DNA of 64,000 nucleotides, taken from assembly GCA_046563655.1 (NCBI GenBank), contig CM102289.1, positions 2,480,001 to 2,544,000 of the forward strand, in the 5' to 3' direction. Both the position numbers and the translations under genes were made by a program. This DNA comes from Yuukianura sp. NJ FZ-2021 (taxonomy: Eukaryota). Below the pieces are notes generated by a model. That model was not told the origin of the DNA. It searched no databases and worked only from the letters and a program-made list of their open reading frames with translations. This document shows positions 1 through 13,011 of this stretch, piece by piece; positions within the stretch are counted from its first letter, which is position 1; each line of letters starts with the position of its first letter.

Positions 1-365
1 TCCACTGACTTCCAGATTCCTCTGAATGGAAATCATCGATACGATACCAGCATAGGAATTTAATTATTATGACAGTTAACTAAATCTTATGTTATTCATT
101 CTTTATTCATTCAGGAACATAAATTGAACAACGCCAACTGTTACATCAATACTTTTTGAAATTTATATTAGTTATGTTCCATAAGTAGCGAGAGCTAATT
201 TATGCATTTGTTTTGTCTATCTGCCTGTCTGTCTGGTCGGTTGATCAACGTAAAATCTAGTAAAATAAATTTGCACATAGAGGATTGAAAAAGTTATGCT
301 GAAAAAAATTGTTTTTCTGTCTTTCATGCCATGGCCATTGTTGAGAAGTTTAAATTCAAATCAAA

Positions 366-1774
366 TTAGAACATTTGTAGCAGCATAATAGTGTTGGTTA
401 CGACAACTGAAAGAAATGTGAGAATAGTTGAAGAAGAAATGCCGTACAATTTCCCACTCCAGTACTGCATAGGCGTGAAACCTTGCAGAATGGCAAGTTG
501 TCTCATTTCAAGTGCGTCACTCCCAACGTTGTTTGCAATTACTTGTTGCAACGATTCTTTCAACGTCACACCCAAAGTGTGAACTCTGCCCATGAGAATC
601 ACCGCAGTGTAAAATCTAAGGGAAGGAACCAATATGGCTAATGCAAGAGGAGTTAACACCCCGCTCAGTATTTGGTTTGAAAATTTAGCAAATGCGTACA
701 GTACACCGCACATGCTTGTACCCGCAGCTACGCTAAAGAAGAGAACAAAATTTGAGAAAATGGCGTTGAAGGAGGTAACAAGCTTTTGAATTCTTCGGTA
801 CAAGTACAACATGCTCTTAAGGTTCAACATGCTCCTGAAGTTTGATGCGTTGTTGAATCTGGTTGAAATTCAATTTGTGGGGTAGTTTCATCCATTTGAT
901 TTGCAAATGCGGTCATTGTCTGCAGACATTTTTCAATTCTTAAACAGAAAGTCAAGAATGCAATGTCACATACCCCAGAAGAAATCCAGATCAATTCAAC
1001 GAACAGAAACGTTTCTAATGACGTCAGAATGTAGATGGCGCTGGATGTAACTGAAGGTTCCATATGTTGTAACCCAAATAGCCAAAACGAATGCCCAACT
1101 ACCATTAAGCCTTCTGGTTGTAAAACCAAAATCAAAATGGGCAACAAGTATGTGATCAAGTTGAGTACGTTAAATCTCCGTAAAGTTATTCTTGCACTTG
1201 CCGAAAAGTCGCTCTCAACAGCGTCAGATTCAGCTACACCTTAAAATTTATTTATAAACGTAATTGCATTAATCCAATTTTTAATTTTAATAAAATTTCA
1301 ACCAAAAAAAAGTTCAAATTTTGGTAGCAAAATGGTCATACCTGAGCTCCACTTTTTGAATTCTTGTTCCTGAGGGTGCCAGTTGTTTAGAAATGTGACA
1401 AGCTTACTTAAATATCTTCTCAGTGTTAGAATCCACACAATAAAAGCTACCAACATTATTGCGAAGATAATAGAAACTACATTTATGTGTGGATGGCTAT
1501 CTTCCGATAGGTAGCTTGGAAGAAACCGCCAAAAAAAGAGCAAACATCGTACAATAATGTAGCAGTGGACGACAAACGCAAAAGTTGTCCAGAATTTGCT
1601 CTGACTCTGCCGCACTCCGATGAATACTTTTTCCGTTTTCTCAGTTTCTGGTAAAGTGGTCCATGCCTGTTGTTCATGCTTTGGCGGAGCGTAGATAAAT
1701 TCCAGTGGTAAAATTCCCGCCAATCGTTGTAAACTCATAATGAAAATACTATGCTCCACTGCTGATTTATCCAT
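366..1774 (-). CDS. Gustatory-receptor-like 7TM chemoreceptor copy 1, 2 exons (1774-1342, 1239-366), 1-bp frameshift near 830-845
   Basis: Phase-1 GT-AG intron joins WSS-G-VAESD; hydrophobic helices; C-terminus STILTFLSVVVTNTIMLLQMF resembles the GR TM7 motif and is shared with 6 paralogs; ORFs 824-1159 and 366-830 are in different frames. Confidence 0.8.
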
Positions 1775-2002
1775 GTTAAAATGGCAAATTTCAAAAATTC
1801 AAATATTTCAAAAGTTTAAACTTTTAAACAAAAGATGGCAAAATACTTTTTACGAATTCAATTTCGAAACGTTTGTATTTTTAGTTTTAGAACTAAACGT
1901 CGTGTGTAGTTGGTGCTTAAAGTGCAAATGTGAGCAGCATTTTTTTGCGGCTTTCTAATAAAGTGAATGCTTTGTCTACAGTAACAAAAGACTTCTGCAA
2001 AA

Positions 2003-2783
2003 TTAGTACAACACTAATTTTACACAAAAGGATTTTTTTTTGTTAAATATTTGTTTTTGGACAAAGAAAAAAAAAACAAATTGCAAACGAAAAGGCTTAC
2101 ACCAATTCCAGTGAAGTACAAACAAAACAATCCAATGACGCTATTGATTAAAACGCTTAACTTAACTGGACCACCATCAAATTCCTTTTATTACACACCC
2201 TAACTATAGTCCTGCCTGTATTTCAAAGTCTTCCAGCAAAATTTCTCAATTCCTGATTCAACTAATGACTGAATGTGGCAATTAAGTACACTCTTGGGAG
2301 AAAGTTTCAATTCGCTATAATCCAAATCTTGAAAAAACTGTTTTGTTTGATTTTGAATTTTTGACTTCTGCAGTTGAACTTATCTGTGTTACGAAAGCAC
2401 TTTTGTTACAATCCAATAGGCTGAAGTGTGTTCTTCTTAAGAAAAGGCGGCAACTCCAATAAGAAGTTGCATGTTAGACCATCTACTGTTTTTCATATAA
2501 GTGTCCACCACAGATCGCAACTATGCGAATTTTGTGGGTTTGGACACAATTGATAGTCGATACGACATTTTGCTCCGTCCGCACCAAAATGAACGCCAGT
2601 GGATAGATGGTGGGAAGGTATAAGTTCTCGCTGAAAATTAATGTTTTTGTATTCCTTTGAGTTGCTTCGTGGTGCAGTATCATTCTGATCAATTTCTTTT
2701 CGAAGACAATTTTTAAAATTTGGAAACGGCTGGGCTCGTATGCCAGTGAACAGCAGGTTCGAAATTACAATAACAAAATTCAA
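2003..2783 (-). pseudogene. Degenerate ionotropic-receptor fragment
   Basis: 2003-2420 aligns by eye to the 3' end of the IR at 5067-5530 (e.g. aaaaggcttacaccaattccagtgaagta, ctgtgttacgaaagcacttttgttacaatcca) with deletions and no long ORF; extension to 2783 is tentative. Confidence 0.7.
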
Positions 2784-3454
2784 ATCTTAAGGGTTGTTGT
2801 TGTCAATGTTGTCAATTTTTGTGGAAGCTGACGAGCGGTTAGCAAAACGATTATCCAGAAATTTAGCAAAAGTGTGGAGTTTTTTTCTGTTTTTTTTTTG
2901 TCAGCGGAGCAGCACTCTTTTGTAAATAATTGAACTAGATTGATAGTTGAACTTACTCCAGGCTACAAAGCCTATAACCTTCAGTTGGCAACAAAAGGTT
3001 TGTTCATTATTAGCATTAAATTTACAACGACCAAAGGTGAAAGGTCGTTGGGTTTGAGTCAGGATTGAAACAAAAGCTTTTCGCTGATGATGAATTTTTG
3101 AATACTGCGCTATGAAAATAACAAATTGCGATGTTTGCAATCTTTGATTTGGTTATCAATTCAGTATTGTAAATTGATCATATAGTTTGTTAGTGAACCT
3201 TACTTAGGAAAAACTAATGGTGATCACCGGTTGCAACCAACGGAAAAACCAATAGATAACATTGCAAACGCAGTAACTGCAATATTACTCATAGTCATAG
3301 ATTATATTCAACATTTAGCCAATTCCTGTTGAACTTAATCAAAAACGATAATTAGCTTTAGTTAAAAATTTTACTCGAACGTTTTATGGAACTAGTGACT
3401 CATAGCTAATGCGCCGAACTTGTATTCAGTACGCCTTCTAAACCTGGCAAAAAA

Positions 3455-3700
3455 TATAAAACCGAAGAGTTTCAGCTCAAATTTCGTAGTATTTTGGTTC
3501 ATTTCGATTCAACTACATAAAAAATCCAAGGGCAACGAGAGCATTTGGTGCTTTAACAAGTACGTTAAGCAAAGTAGCTTTAGATACACATATTTTAAAA
3601 ATACTAAAATACATGCATTATAGAATATATTATTGTAGAATTCTTGAACTTTTTCGCTTTAACTTTGAATCATTGAATCGTATTTCAAATTTATGTTTAG
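3455..3700 (+). promoter_or_regulatory. Putative TATA box and 5'UTR intron of the hydrolase gene
   Basis: TATAAAA 3455-3461; donor GTACGT 3560; acceptor TTTAG ending 3700, 4 nt before ATG; AATAAA at 4253. Confidence 0.5.
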
Positions 3701-3704
3701 CAAA

Positions 3705-4097
3705 ATGGCAAACTTAACCACGACACAAGTTTTTGCAAGAACAATTTACGCCGAAGCTCACAGAGAAGACGAGGAAGTACAAGATGCTGTAGCATGGGTA
3801 ATCAAAAATCGCGCTGAAAACGACTACGGAAGTTCCAGGCTAACTTCTAAGAATATCGATCGTGTTTGTCGTCAATTTCCATGCTGGATTGGCAAAACTG
3901 ACATCAACACGAGCGATAAAGCAGCTTACAACACAGCTCTCAGGGTGGCGGGTAGAGTTCTTGGTCAAAATCATCGCCATGATCCGACTGAAGGTGCTGT
4001 CCGCTACAACAATCCTGACAAAGAAGGATATCCTGAATGGACTAAGAATTACAAAAGAGGTGTACAAATTGGAAGCTTCCAGTTTTACAATGAATAG
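3705..4097 (+). CDS. Cell wall hydrolase, SleB/CwlJ-like (Hydrolase_2 family), 130 aa, intronless CDS
   Basis: ARTIYAEA (catalytic Glu), AVAWVIKNR, QFPCW, DPTEGAVRY, QIGSFQFY match bacterial/phage Hydrolase_2 motifs; start CAAAATGG. Confidence 0.88.
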   Translation: MANLTTTQVFARTIYAEAHREDEEVQDAVAWVIKNRAENDYGSSRLTSKNIDRVCRQFPCWIGKTDINTSDKAAYNTALRVAGRVLGQNHRHDPTEGAVRYNNPDKEGYPEWTKNYKRGVQIGSFQFYNE

Positions 4098-4712
4098 TGC
4101 AGGGGAGTTTGATTGGACGTAACAGCAACAAGTTTCAAAGTCAAAAAAATATTGAATGAGTAAAAATGCTTTATTTCATTTTTACATTATATTCCAAACT
4201 TTTGTTTATGAAACAATTTGTTGTTAACATTTGGTTTTCACAAAAAAAATGAAATAAAACCAACGAAGAAACTAGAATTTGGTAACTTGATCTCATTTCC
4301 CTTTTCTACACCTTTTGCCATTCGTGGGATTGTGAACGCACTATTGCAATTTTGTAAAAACAAGGATAAAGAAAAACTTATATTTATTACACACTAACTA
4401 TATAACCTAACACACTAACTGTTAACCAATAAAGACATGCCACGTGACCGCTCAAAATTTTTCCATTTTCTGTTACGCGTGCGTACATTCCCGCTTTCTT
4501 CAGTCGTTAGGCAATAATTTTGATTTTTGAATCTATAAAATAATAAATATAAAATAACTTGAATTACAAATGTGTCGCCTCTGGAAATGTATTACCAACA
4601 ATTAAAAAGAACTCATAAAATTAACTTATGAAAACTGAACGCGCTGTAGAATTTTCTCAGGAATGTCATGGTTAATGTTGGTAGGTAGCTGGCTAAGTAG
4701 TAATACGATTCT

Positions 4713-4848
4713 TTCAACGTCAAAGCCAAAGTGTGAACTCTACCCAGTGAGGGTAGAAAGAATTTAAAAAAGATCGCACGAGAAAAAAATCTACCGTCAT
4801 GGTAGAATTCCCGCCAATATACTATGATCCACAGTTGATTTATTCATG
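4713..4848 (-). pseudogene. Heavily deleted GR-like relic
   Basis: 4713-4746 encodes LGRVHTLALTL as in array genes; 4806-4848 matches the GR 5' end and the flank to about 5060 matches 1775-2000. Confidence 0.7.
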
Positions 4849-5066
4849 CCAAAATGGAAAATTTCGAAGATTCAAACATTCCAAAAATTTAAACTGAAAG
4901 GCAAAATACTTTTTTCAAGTTCAGTTATTAAAAACTTTTGCATTTTTAGTTTTAGAACTAAAACGTCTTATGTATTTGGTGCTCAAAGTGCAAATGTGAG
5001 CAGCATTTTTTCTATTGTTCTAATAAAGCGAATGCTTTGTCTACATTGACAAAAGACTTTTATCAA

Positions 5067-7405
5067 TTAGTACAACAGTAATTTGTGTAATGTGGGGAGC
5101 AGCAGGTTTACTGATTTTGCATAAAGAAGTTTTTGTCTTAAATATTTGTTTTTGTACAATAGAAAGTACTTTTCAACAATGGCAGCGAAAAGGCTTACAC
5201 CAATTCCAGTGAAGTATAAACTAAACAATCCGATAACGCTATTCATTAACACGCTTAGCTTAACTGGACTACCATCGAAATTTGTTTTGTCTAAAACACT
5301 AGAATTGTACTCCCGCCTGTTTTTAAAAAATTTCCACCAGAATTGCTCAATTCCTGATACAAGTAATGATTGAATGCGAAAATTGATAACCGCCTTAGCA
5401 GAAGTTTCAATTCGCCATAATCCAAATCCTGGAAAAACCATTTCCGTTCCTTTTTTCAATTTTGAGTTTTTAACAACTTCTGCAGTTGAAATGCTCTGTG
5501 TTACGAAAGCACTTTTGTTACAATCCAAAACAGCTTGAAGAGGATTGCTTTTGATATTTTCAGGCAACAACTTCAAATTTGACCACAACGAATCTATTTT
5601 CTTTTCAACTGGGTTCAAAAATGGCAGTTCTATTTCTACACCGTCAAGGTCTGTAGTGAACACTTTGTTAATAAGTGAACCTAGCTTAGTAGTGTTGACC
5701 ACTGTAGATCGAATGACGTCTTTCCAGTAAGTTTTGTTGCCCAAAGAGCGGGGTAGACCTCAGGTCGAAACCAGGCGTCGTTGGATTCGTTCAATGTTGC
5801 CAAGTATTCGTCATAAAGAAGTCCGTTTTCATCAAATGAGTTCCAGTCTGAGTAGAGGTCATACTTGAGGTCACTCAGTTCTTGAAATGTCGCTGGGTAT
5901 GTTTTAGAAGGGGGCGCTGTAACATCACTCGTCACAATTCCTTTATACGCGTTAGTCAACACGACTCCAGTAACAAGCCAACAAAGTAAGACAATACAAA
6001 ATGGTCGCCATGTTGCCAGTTTTGTTGGAACTGAGATGCTGTGCTCCAAAAGAAACGAAGGAAAAATGTAAATCAAATTATCCGCTGAAATGTTCAATTT
6101 GAATAGAGTAGAATACAGAAAAACCAAAGTTAGAGTTAGAGTGAAAATCAAACTGATCCACAAATTTGTCTGATATGGAATCAAATAGAATTTAAATGAA
6201 ATCGAAGTACTAATTTCAGCGCATGTCAAAAATTCAAAAGTGCTACTTTCTGACACGGCAACAATGGACGTTACCATGACAAAAATGTCATCTTGAGGTC
6301 GATTTTCAGGGAGTTTCATTAGAGTCAGATGTGGAATGTAACAAAATTTTAAAAAGTTAGCTGATACGTCAAAACCGTTTTGAACTGCGCGGGAAAAGTT
6401 AAATTTTGGACCGAGTAGGAGCGGTAAAATATAGTGGTAAATGTTTGAATTTGGCGGTGGTAGGATGTAATATTTTTCGGTAGAATATGGTCGTGCATTG
6501 TTATCATAAATATGCAAATATTCCAACCCTAGGTGGCTTTCAGCATTCAACTCTTCATCACAAAGTGATACGCGAGAATGTTGTAAATAAGAATCAATTT
6601 CTACTCCAGAAAGCATTGGTTTAAATAAAAATTTCAAATTTTTGTTCAAATCTTTCAGAAAAAGTTTGCCTATATACAAGAGCACGGAATCAACTTCGAC
6701 CAATGATAATGTGATATTGTCGTACTGTTGAATTTTTGAAATCCAAATTTGGCTCGAAAATTTAAAAGTTTTGAATTTGGTACTGAAGAAAAGGCTGGAT
6801 TTTGTCCAGATCTCAAATGTTGTCACTAGCGCAACAAAATTATCAGAACGAAACTCATAGTCCAAAGGATTTTGATCACAATGGTTCAAATTTTCCCGCC
6901 GTTTTTCTAGTCCAAATTCTCTATGATATGCTCTAATCAGTTGATATCCAAGAGTAATCCAAAGTTCGTGAGTCATTCCCTGGTCTCCAGAGGGCGCTAT
7001 AATTAGAATATGTGACATGGACGCTTTGGATCGACTGCGCACTGGACCAACTTTGTCAACTAAACTGTCACATGCATCGTGTTCCATGGTATTCAAAGGA
7101 TCGCCACATACATTCGGCCATAATGAGCGCTCACTTTTCAATTCGCAATGTTTAGTGTCAGGATGAGAACGGTAAGCAGCCAAGAACTTTTCCATTTCCG
7201 ATATCGTCGGGTTCAAGTCGGTAAGGCAAACCGGTACTTGAAACGGTAAAAATTCAATAGGTCCAACTACAAGTAGGTGAAAGTAGGTGAATGGATACAG
7301 ACCCAGTACTTGGTTTAGGTTTGTCAAAACTATGTCACTGTGAGTAGGTAACGCTAAACACGTAGTCAGAGTTAGAAATAAGAGCAGTTCAAATTGGGCC
7401 GCCAT
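5067..7405 (-). CDS. Divergent ionotropic receptor (iGluR-like), single exon, 1-bp frameshift near 5745-5755
   Basis: Signal peptide MAAQFELLLFLTLTTCLA; pre-M1 PYQTNLW, M3-like VLTNAYKGIVTSDVTAP, LLVSGIEQFW and terminal TM helix in the second ORF. Confidence 0.75.
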
Positions 7406-8198
7406 TTTTCTACCTTCAACATTCAATTTTAGAACGAATATGCTTTGTCTCCGTGTTAGAGTGAAATTCACCTTTTGACTTTAATTGACCTTGAAAACAG
7501 GTTGTTGATTTTGAAACACGAATTGGCACAAACTCCCGGGAGAAACTGACTTTGCAATCAACATTCTGATAAGAGCGTGAATCATAGCTTCAACGTACAT
7601 CTGAAAATACAATTTACTTAAGTGTCTTGGGACATTTGAAAACATGACAAATCTATTTTGGAACTAAAGTAAGGCGTGTAAGCATAACCAACGACGTTGT
7701 CCGTGAAAGAAAAAAACACGATTCAAAATGTGTGCTGTTAAATGAGTGTAATTTTGCAAGAATTTTTCGATAAAATTCCAAAATTTTTGCCCGGAAACTT
7801 TAAGTAAACTTAAACTGCAATAAACAGTTTGAGATGAACAATCGTTTCTTCATCATATCCGATGCTAAACAAATAAATTTAAACCATTTACAGTATGTCG
7901 TTTTCCTGTTGACGAATGCATGAACAGTACAGTCATTGCTAATTGAAAACTAACCACTTTTTCGATAACATTCAAATGCTGTTATTGCATTTTTCCAAAA
8001 ATTCCAAAAATGAAAACTTTTTTTTCAAAAATGAGTGTGTTCCTGGAAATAATTTGGGATTCCACACTCTCATTACTTGGTCATCGTCATTACTAAAACC
8101 CTATAAAAGCATAGGCAAGCACCCCAATCCTCAAACCATTAGCACAGCTTCCAAAGTCTGTTTAATTTTAAACTAAACAGTAGTTTTCAATTTGGAAG

Positions 8199-8684
8199 AT
8201 GAAGGTAGTGCTTGCGTTGTTTGCATTCGGCGTCTTTGGTAAGTTTACATAGTTCATCTAAGGAGGTTTAAGTTACAAATCAAAAAAATATTGTTATAAA
8301 TTTGAATTTTACTGTTTTAGTTGTGTGCAGCGATGGGTTGATTATCAACTGCTCTAGATCTGGCATTGGCAGCTGCACAAATTGTCCCCGTAAGTAAATT
8401 GTTGCTTGATTTGCAATACTTAAAACAAAAATGTAATACTGCACACATATATAGTTTTTTAAAAGAGGATGAAAAACATTGATGGTGGTGTGTCAAACAT
8501 TTTATTCGTAAATGGTAAACACATATTTTAGTAAAATAATTTTTGAAATTTTACAGTCAATGGTGGGAAGTTTGGAGACTGCGCTACGGCGTGTAGAGAG
8601 CATGGACTTGCTATTACTGCCTGCAAGAATAACATTCCTGGCACCGAAGCCAACTGTCGTTGTGATAAAAAGAAGAAACTCTGA
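8199..8684 (+). CDS. Secreted 8-Cys defensin-like (CS-alpha-beta) peptide, 78 aa, exons 8199-8238, 8321-8389, 8557-8684
   Basis: Spliced product MKVVLALFAFGVFVVCSDGLIINCSRSGIGSCTNCPLNGGKFGDCATACREHGLAITACKNNIPGTEANCRCDKKKKL; canonical GT-AG phase-1 introns; TATAAAA at 8102. Confidence 0.78.
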
Positions 8685-9116
8685 AAAAACTTATACTTTC
8701 CAATTTTAAAAAAATATTTGATTGTTTTTGAAAAATTCTGTCTAAAATAACACATTTTCCTGATTCGTCTTTTGTATCGTTAAGTATATCTTTAATTTCA
8801 GAAGTTTACCACAAACAAATGAGCTTAAAAAATCGGTTGGGTGCAAGACATAGTAATTAGCAAACAAACAGCATTGTCAGTTTATTAATAAATTTGTGCC
8901 TTCGACATGACGAAATTGCCAAAAAAAAAAAGTTTGAAGTGAATTTGGGGGTGGTAGCATGTCATTGCTCCGAATGAAATGTTCCGAAATGTAAATTACT
9001 CCGAAAGACACTTTGCTCCGAAATTAAATAAACTGACCGTAATGTGATTCAGTGCTAAGTAAGTTAGGTTATAAATTATAGTGCTAGGTTTGGTTAGAGT
9101 AAAAATTATTGTACAA

Positions 9117-10480
9117 TTAGAACATTTGTAGCAGCATAATAGTGTTTGTGACGACAACTGAAAGAAATGTGAGTACAGTTGAAGAACAAATACCATAAAA
9201 TTGACCACTCCAGAATTGTACATGCGCAAACCCTTGAACAAAACTTTCAAGTCTCGTTAGTTCAACTGCTTCAACTCCAAAGTTGTTTGCAATAACTTGT
9301 TTCAATGATTTTTCTAGCTCTACAGACAAAGTGTGTACTCTCCCCATCAGTATTACCATGGCGTAAAATCGTGCTGCAGGGAGAATTGAAGCTGCTACAT
9401 ACGGAATCATAACCCCATATGACATTTCGTTTGAATATTTAGCACAAATATAAAGTGAACTACACATAATTAACATTCCAGTAACATTAAAACAGAGAAC
9501 AATGTGTGCAAATATGTCATTGAACAAGGAAACAATGTTTTGGATTTTTCGGTACACGTACATCATGTTTTTGAGTTTTTCAAATATTGGTTTAAATTCG
9601 ATTTGTCGTGGAGTAGTTTCTTCCATTCGGTTTGCAAATGCAATCATCGATTTCAAACATTTGACAAGTCTTAAAATGAAAATCAAAAATACTATATCAA
9701 AACTTCCACTTTGAAACCAAAATATTTCAGAAAATGTGAGAGTTTCAAAAGTAGTGAGGAAGTAAATAACGTTGAATGCAACTGAATGTTCCAAGTGCTG
9801 TAATCCAAGGATCCAATACAAATGTCCGGCTGTAATTATACCAGCAGGTTTGACGATAAACACTACAACTGGTACTATTGATATCAGCAATTGAAGCGCA
9901 AACAACCTTTGTACTGCCTTTTTTCCACTTGCAGCAAAGTTACTGCCGGTTTCTTGACATTCCGCTAAAAACGTAAATAAAATTTGTATTAATATAATAT
10001 ACTACTTTATACTATATTTATATATATAAACTAAAAAACTTTTAAGACCATACCTGAGTGCCACGTGATAAATTTCTGCTCCAGAATATGCCAGTTGTTA
10101 AGAAATGTTACAAACTGTTTTCCACTTCTTCTTAAAGTTAAAATCCAAGCAATAATGCAACCCAACTCTAAAAGGTAGATGAATGAAACTCCATTTAAAA
10201 GGGGGTGCCTGTTTTTTAAGAACAAATTTTCAAAAAACCGCCCAAATATTAGAAAACTTCGCAAAATTAGGTAGCAGAAGACGCCCGACCCAAAAGTTGC
10301 CCAGCCTTTACTTTGAATTTGCTGCACTGCCACAAATACTTTCTTTGTTTCCATAGATCCTGTCTTTGTGGTCCAAGCTTTCCTGCCCGGGAAAGCATAA
10401 ATGAATTCGAGCGGGAAAACTCCTGCGTATCGTTGAAATTTAAAAATAGTACAGCAATGCTCCACAGTTGATTTGTCCAT
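9117..10480 (-). CDS. GR-like chemoreceptor copy 2, intact (10480-10054, 9964-9117)
   Basis: Same intron position and C-terminal motif as paralogs; frame continuous after splicing. Confidence 0.85.
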
Positions 10481-10988
10481 CCTGAAGTTCGAAACTTAGT
10501 TCTTCCGGGAATGAAAATCTGTATGTGTGTAGTTACTGCAGCGCTAGACTGTTATATTCGATGCACAAAAGAAAAGTAATGGCTTAGATCTTAATCTTAC
10601 CGATTTCCTCTTAGCTTGAGCCCTTGCTAATCGAAAAAAGAAATTGTCCATTTGTAGGGCAATTAAACTAATTGTGCACAATTGGGCGTGGCTTATTAAC
10701 TTTGATGCTGTAAAAAAAAGTTATTGTATTCATGTAAATTAGTGATTTGTTCATACCAATTCGCTAGAAAGCGGTATTGAAAGGTTTTACAACAGTTCAT
10801 AGGAAACAAAAACTCTTTAAAATGCAAATTATTCTAACATTTACCAAAAAGAAAACTCAGTTTTCCGTTCTAGCTGTGTTGAATTTGCAAGTGCTTAGCG
10901 TTTAAACGTTATTTTACAATTATTTTCAATCCATATTTTTGTTCTAATTTACCAAATTTAATCTGAGTTTATGCTTGAATTCACAAAA

Positions 10989-12407
10989 TTAAAACATTTG
11001 CAACAACATAATTGTGTTAGTGACGACAACTGATAGAAATGTGAGTACAGTTAAAGAAGAAATACCATAAAATTCCCCACTGTAAAACTGTACAGGCACA
11101 AAAAATTGAACAAAGCTTTTAAGTTGCTTGTATTCAAATGCTTCATTTCCAACGTTATTTGCACCAACTTGTTTCAATGATTTTTCCAACGTTAAAGACA
11201 AAGTATGAACTCTGCCCATTAGGATCATAGTGATGTAAAATCGCATAGCAGGAACAAATGCACCAAGTGTGTATAAAATCATGGCTCCACTTGACATTTC
11301 TTTTACGAATTTTGCAAAGACGTAAAGTGTGCCGCACATAATTGTCCCCGCGGTAATATTCAAAAACAGAACAAGATGGGCAAACATGTTGTTAAAAGAG
11401 GTAACAAGGTTTTGGATTTTTCTATATGAGTAAATTAGGACGTTAATGGAAACTATTTCAGGAATTTTGTGTGGTCTGGTGGGTGAAAGTAGTCCAACTT
11501 TTTGCAAACTAGGTTTTTCCATTTGATTTGTAAATACAATCAATGATTCCAGGCACGCAGCAATTCTTAAAAGGAAAGTCAGGATTGCAACGTCAAGAAT
11601 ACCAAAAGATATCCAACACAATTCGAAAAATAAAAAAGTTTCCAAGGACGTGATGATGTAGAAGGCGCTGAGTGAAACTGATGAATCCAAATGCTGTAAT
11701 CCAAAGATGCAAAAGGAATGTGTTACTGCAATTCCGTCTTCCAGTTTTACCAGAAAAACCAAAATGGGAAACGTGTATGTCGTCAACTGCAACAGAAGCA
11801 ACCTACTGATTATCTTTCTTGCACTTGTAGAAGATTTGCTCTCGGTATGTGTGGATTCTATTGTAATAATTTTAAACAAGGAAATACATAAGCCAAAATA
11901 CTTACTTTAAGAAAATCACTTATTTCTCGTTCACTTTTTGCAGCGTTTTACATTTTAATTTGCTTTGTTGCTTGCGCTTACCTGAGCTCCAATTGACAAA
12001 CTGTTGGTCCAGAATATGCCAATTGTTAAGAAATGTAACAAATTCATTTCTGTTTCTTCTCAAAGTTAGAGTCAAGAAAAGAATACTTGCGATCTCCGTA
12101 AAGAAAATGAGTGAAACAAAATTTAAGAATGGCTGGTTACTTTCCGAAGAGAAATAACTTAAAATAAAGTGTCCACAAACAGCCATGCATCGCAAAACCA
12201 AGTAGCAGAAAACGACAGAAACAAAAGTTGTTAACCATTTGCTTCGACTTAGCTGCACACCCACGAATACTTTGTTTGTGTCATTTTTTCTCCGGTAGCC
12301 TTCGCTGCCTGTTTTGGCAAATCGTAAATAAATTCCAGCGGAATCATTCCAGCCAATCGTTGCAATTTCAAAATAGAAATACTATGCTCTACAGCTGACT
12401 TGTTCAT
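10989..12407 (-). CDS. GR-like chemoreceptor copy 3, 1-bp frameshift near 12285-12295
   Basis: MNKSAVEHSISILKLQRLAG from 12407 is out of frame with ORF 11920-12264; the rest is intact. Confidence 0.75.
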
Positions 12408-13011
12408 GTTGAACTTCGACACTTCGGTTTTTGCCTTTACAAATAATTTGCCCCATTATCTAAACTGTTCGCTCGATGTTGATGTTCTGCAGTTTTTTAG
12501 AAATTCATGGCTTTGTTAATTATTTTTGTAATTTGTAAAAACAAAAAGTTTTGGCAATTCATAGAACAATGTAACCAATTTGTAGTAAATTGGGCGTGCC
12601 TACCTTTAGGGAGTGACAGAAGGAATTCATTAGTATTATTGTATTTTTAGAATAATAAATTTATTGAAGCGAGGCTGGTAAATAAACATTTTTACAAAGC
12701 TTGAAGTTGATTAGAATGTTTTGTTTAATTGTTCAATGCAAATGTAACATAACATCGAACATTCACTGATTGCACTATAAATTAACAAAATGCTGATTTC
12801 TTTTGAAATTTTGAAGGATTGTGTTGAAAGTTTTTGTGAAAACTAATTTGGGTGTAACGCGTGTGTTGAAAAACTTAAACACTTCAGCTCACTTTGTCAG
12901 CACCAATTTTTTTCTCAATGTTTACACTAAAGATGCTTTCTTAAGTGCAAAACAAAAATATATGTGAAAGTTTTCATGAGTGTGCAAATTTTGTACCAAA
13001 ATTTTATCAAA

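Noticed and set aside
214..245. Short (TGTC)n-like tract
   Set aside because: Too short to define an element
3693..4097. Prophage or bacterial contamination around the hydrolase
   Set aside because: No neighbouring prokaryotic genes; flanks are host paralogous sequence with eukaryotic signals
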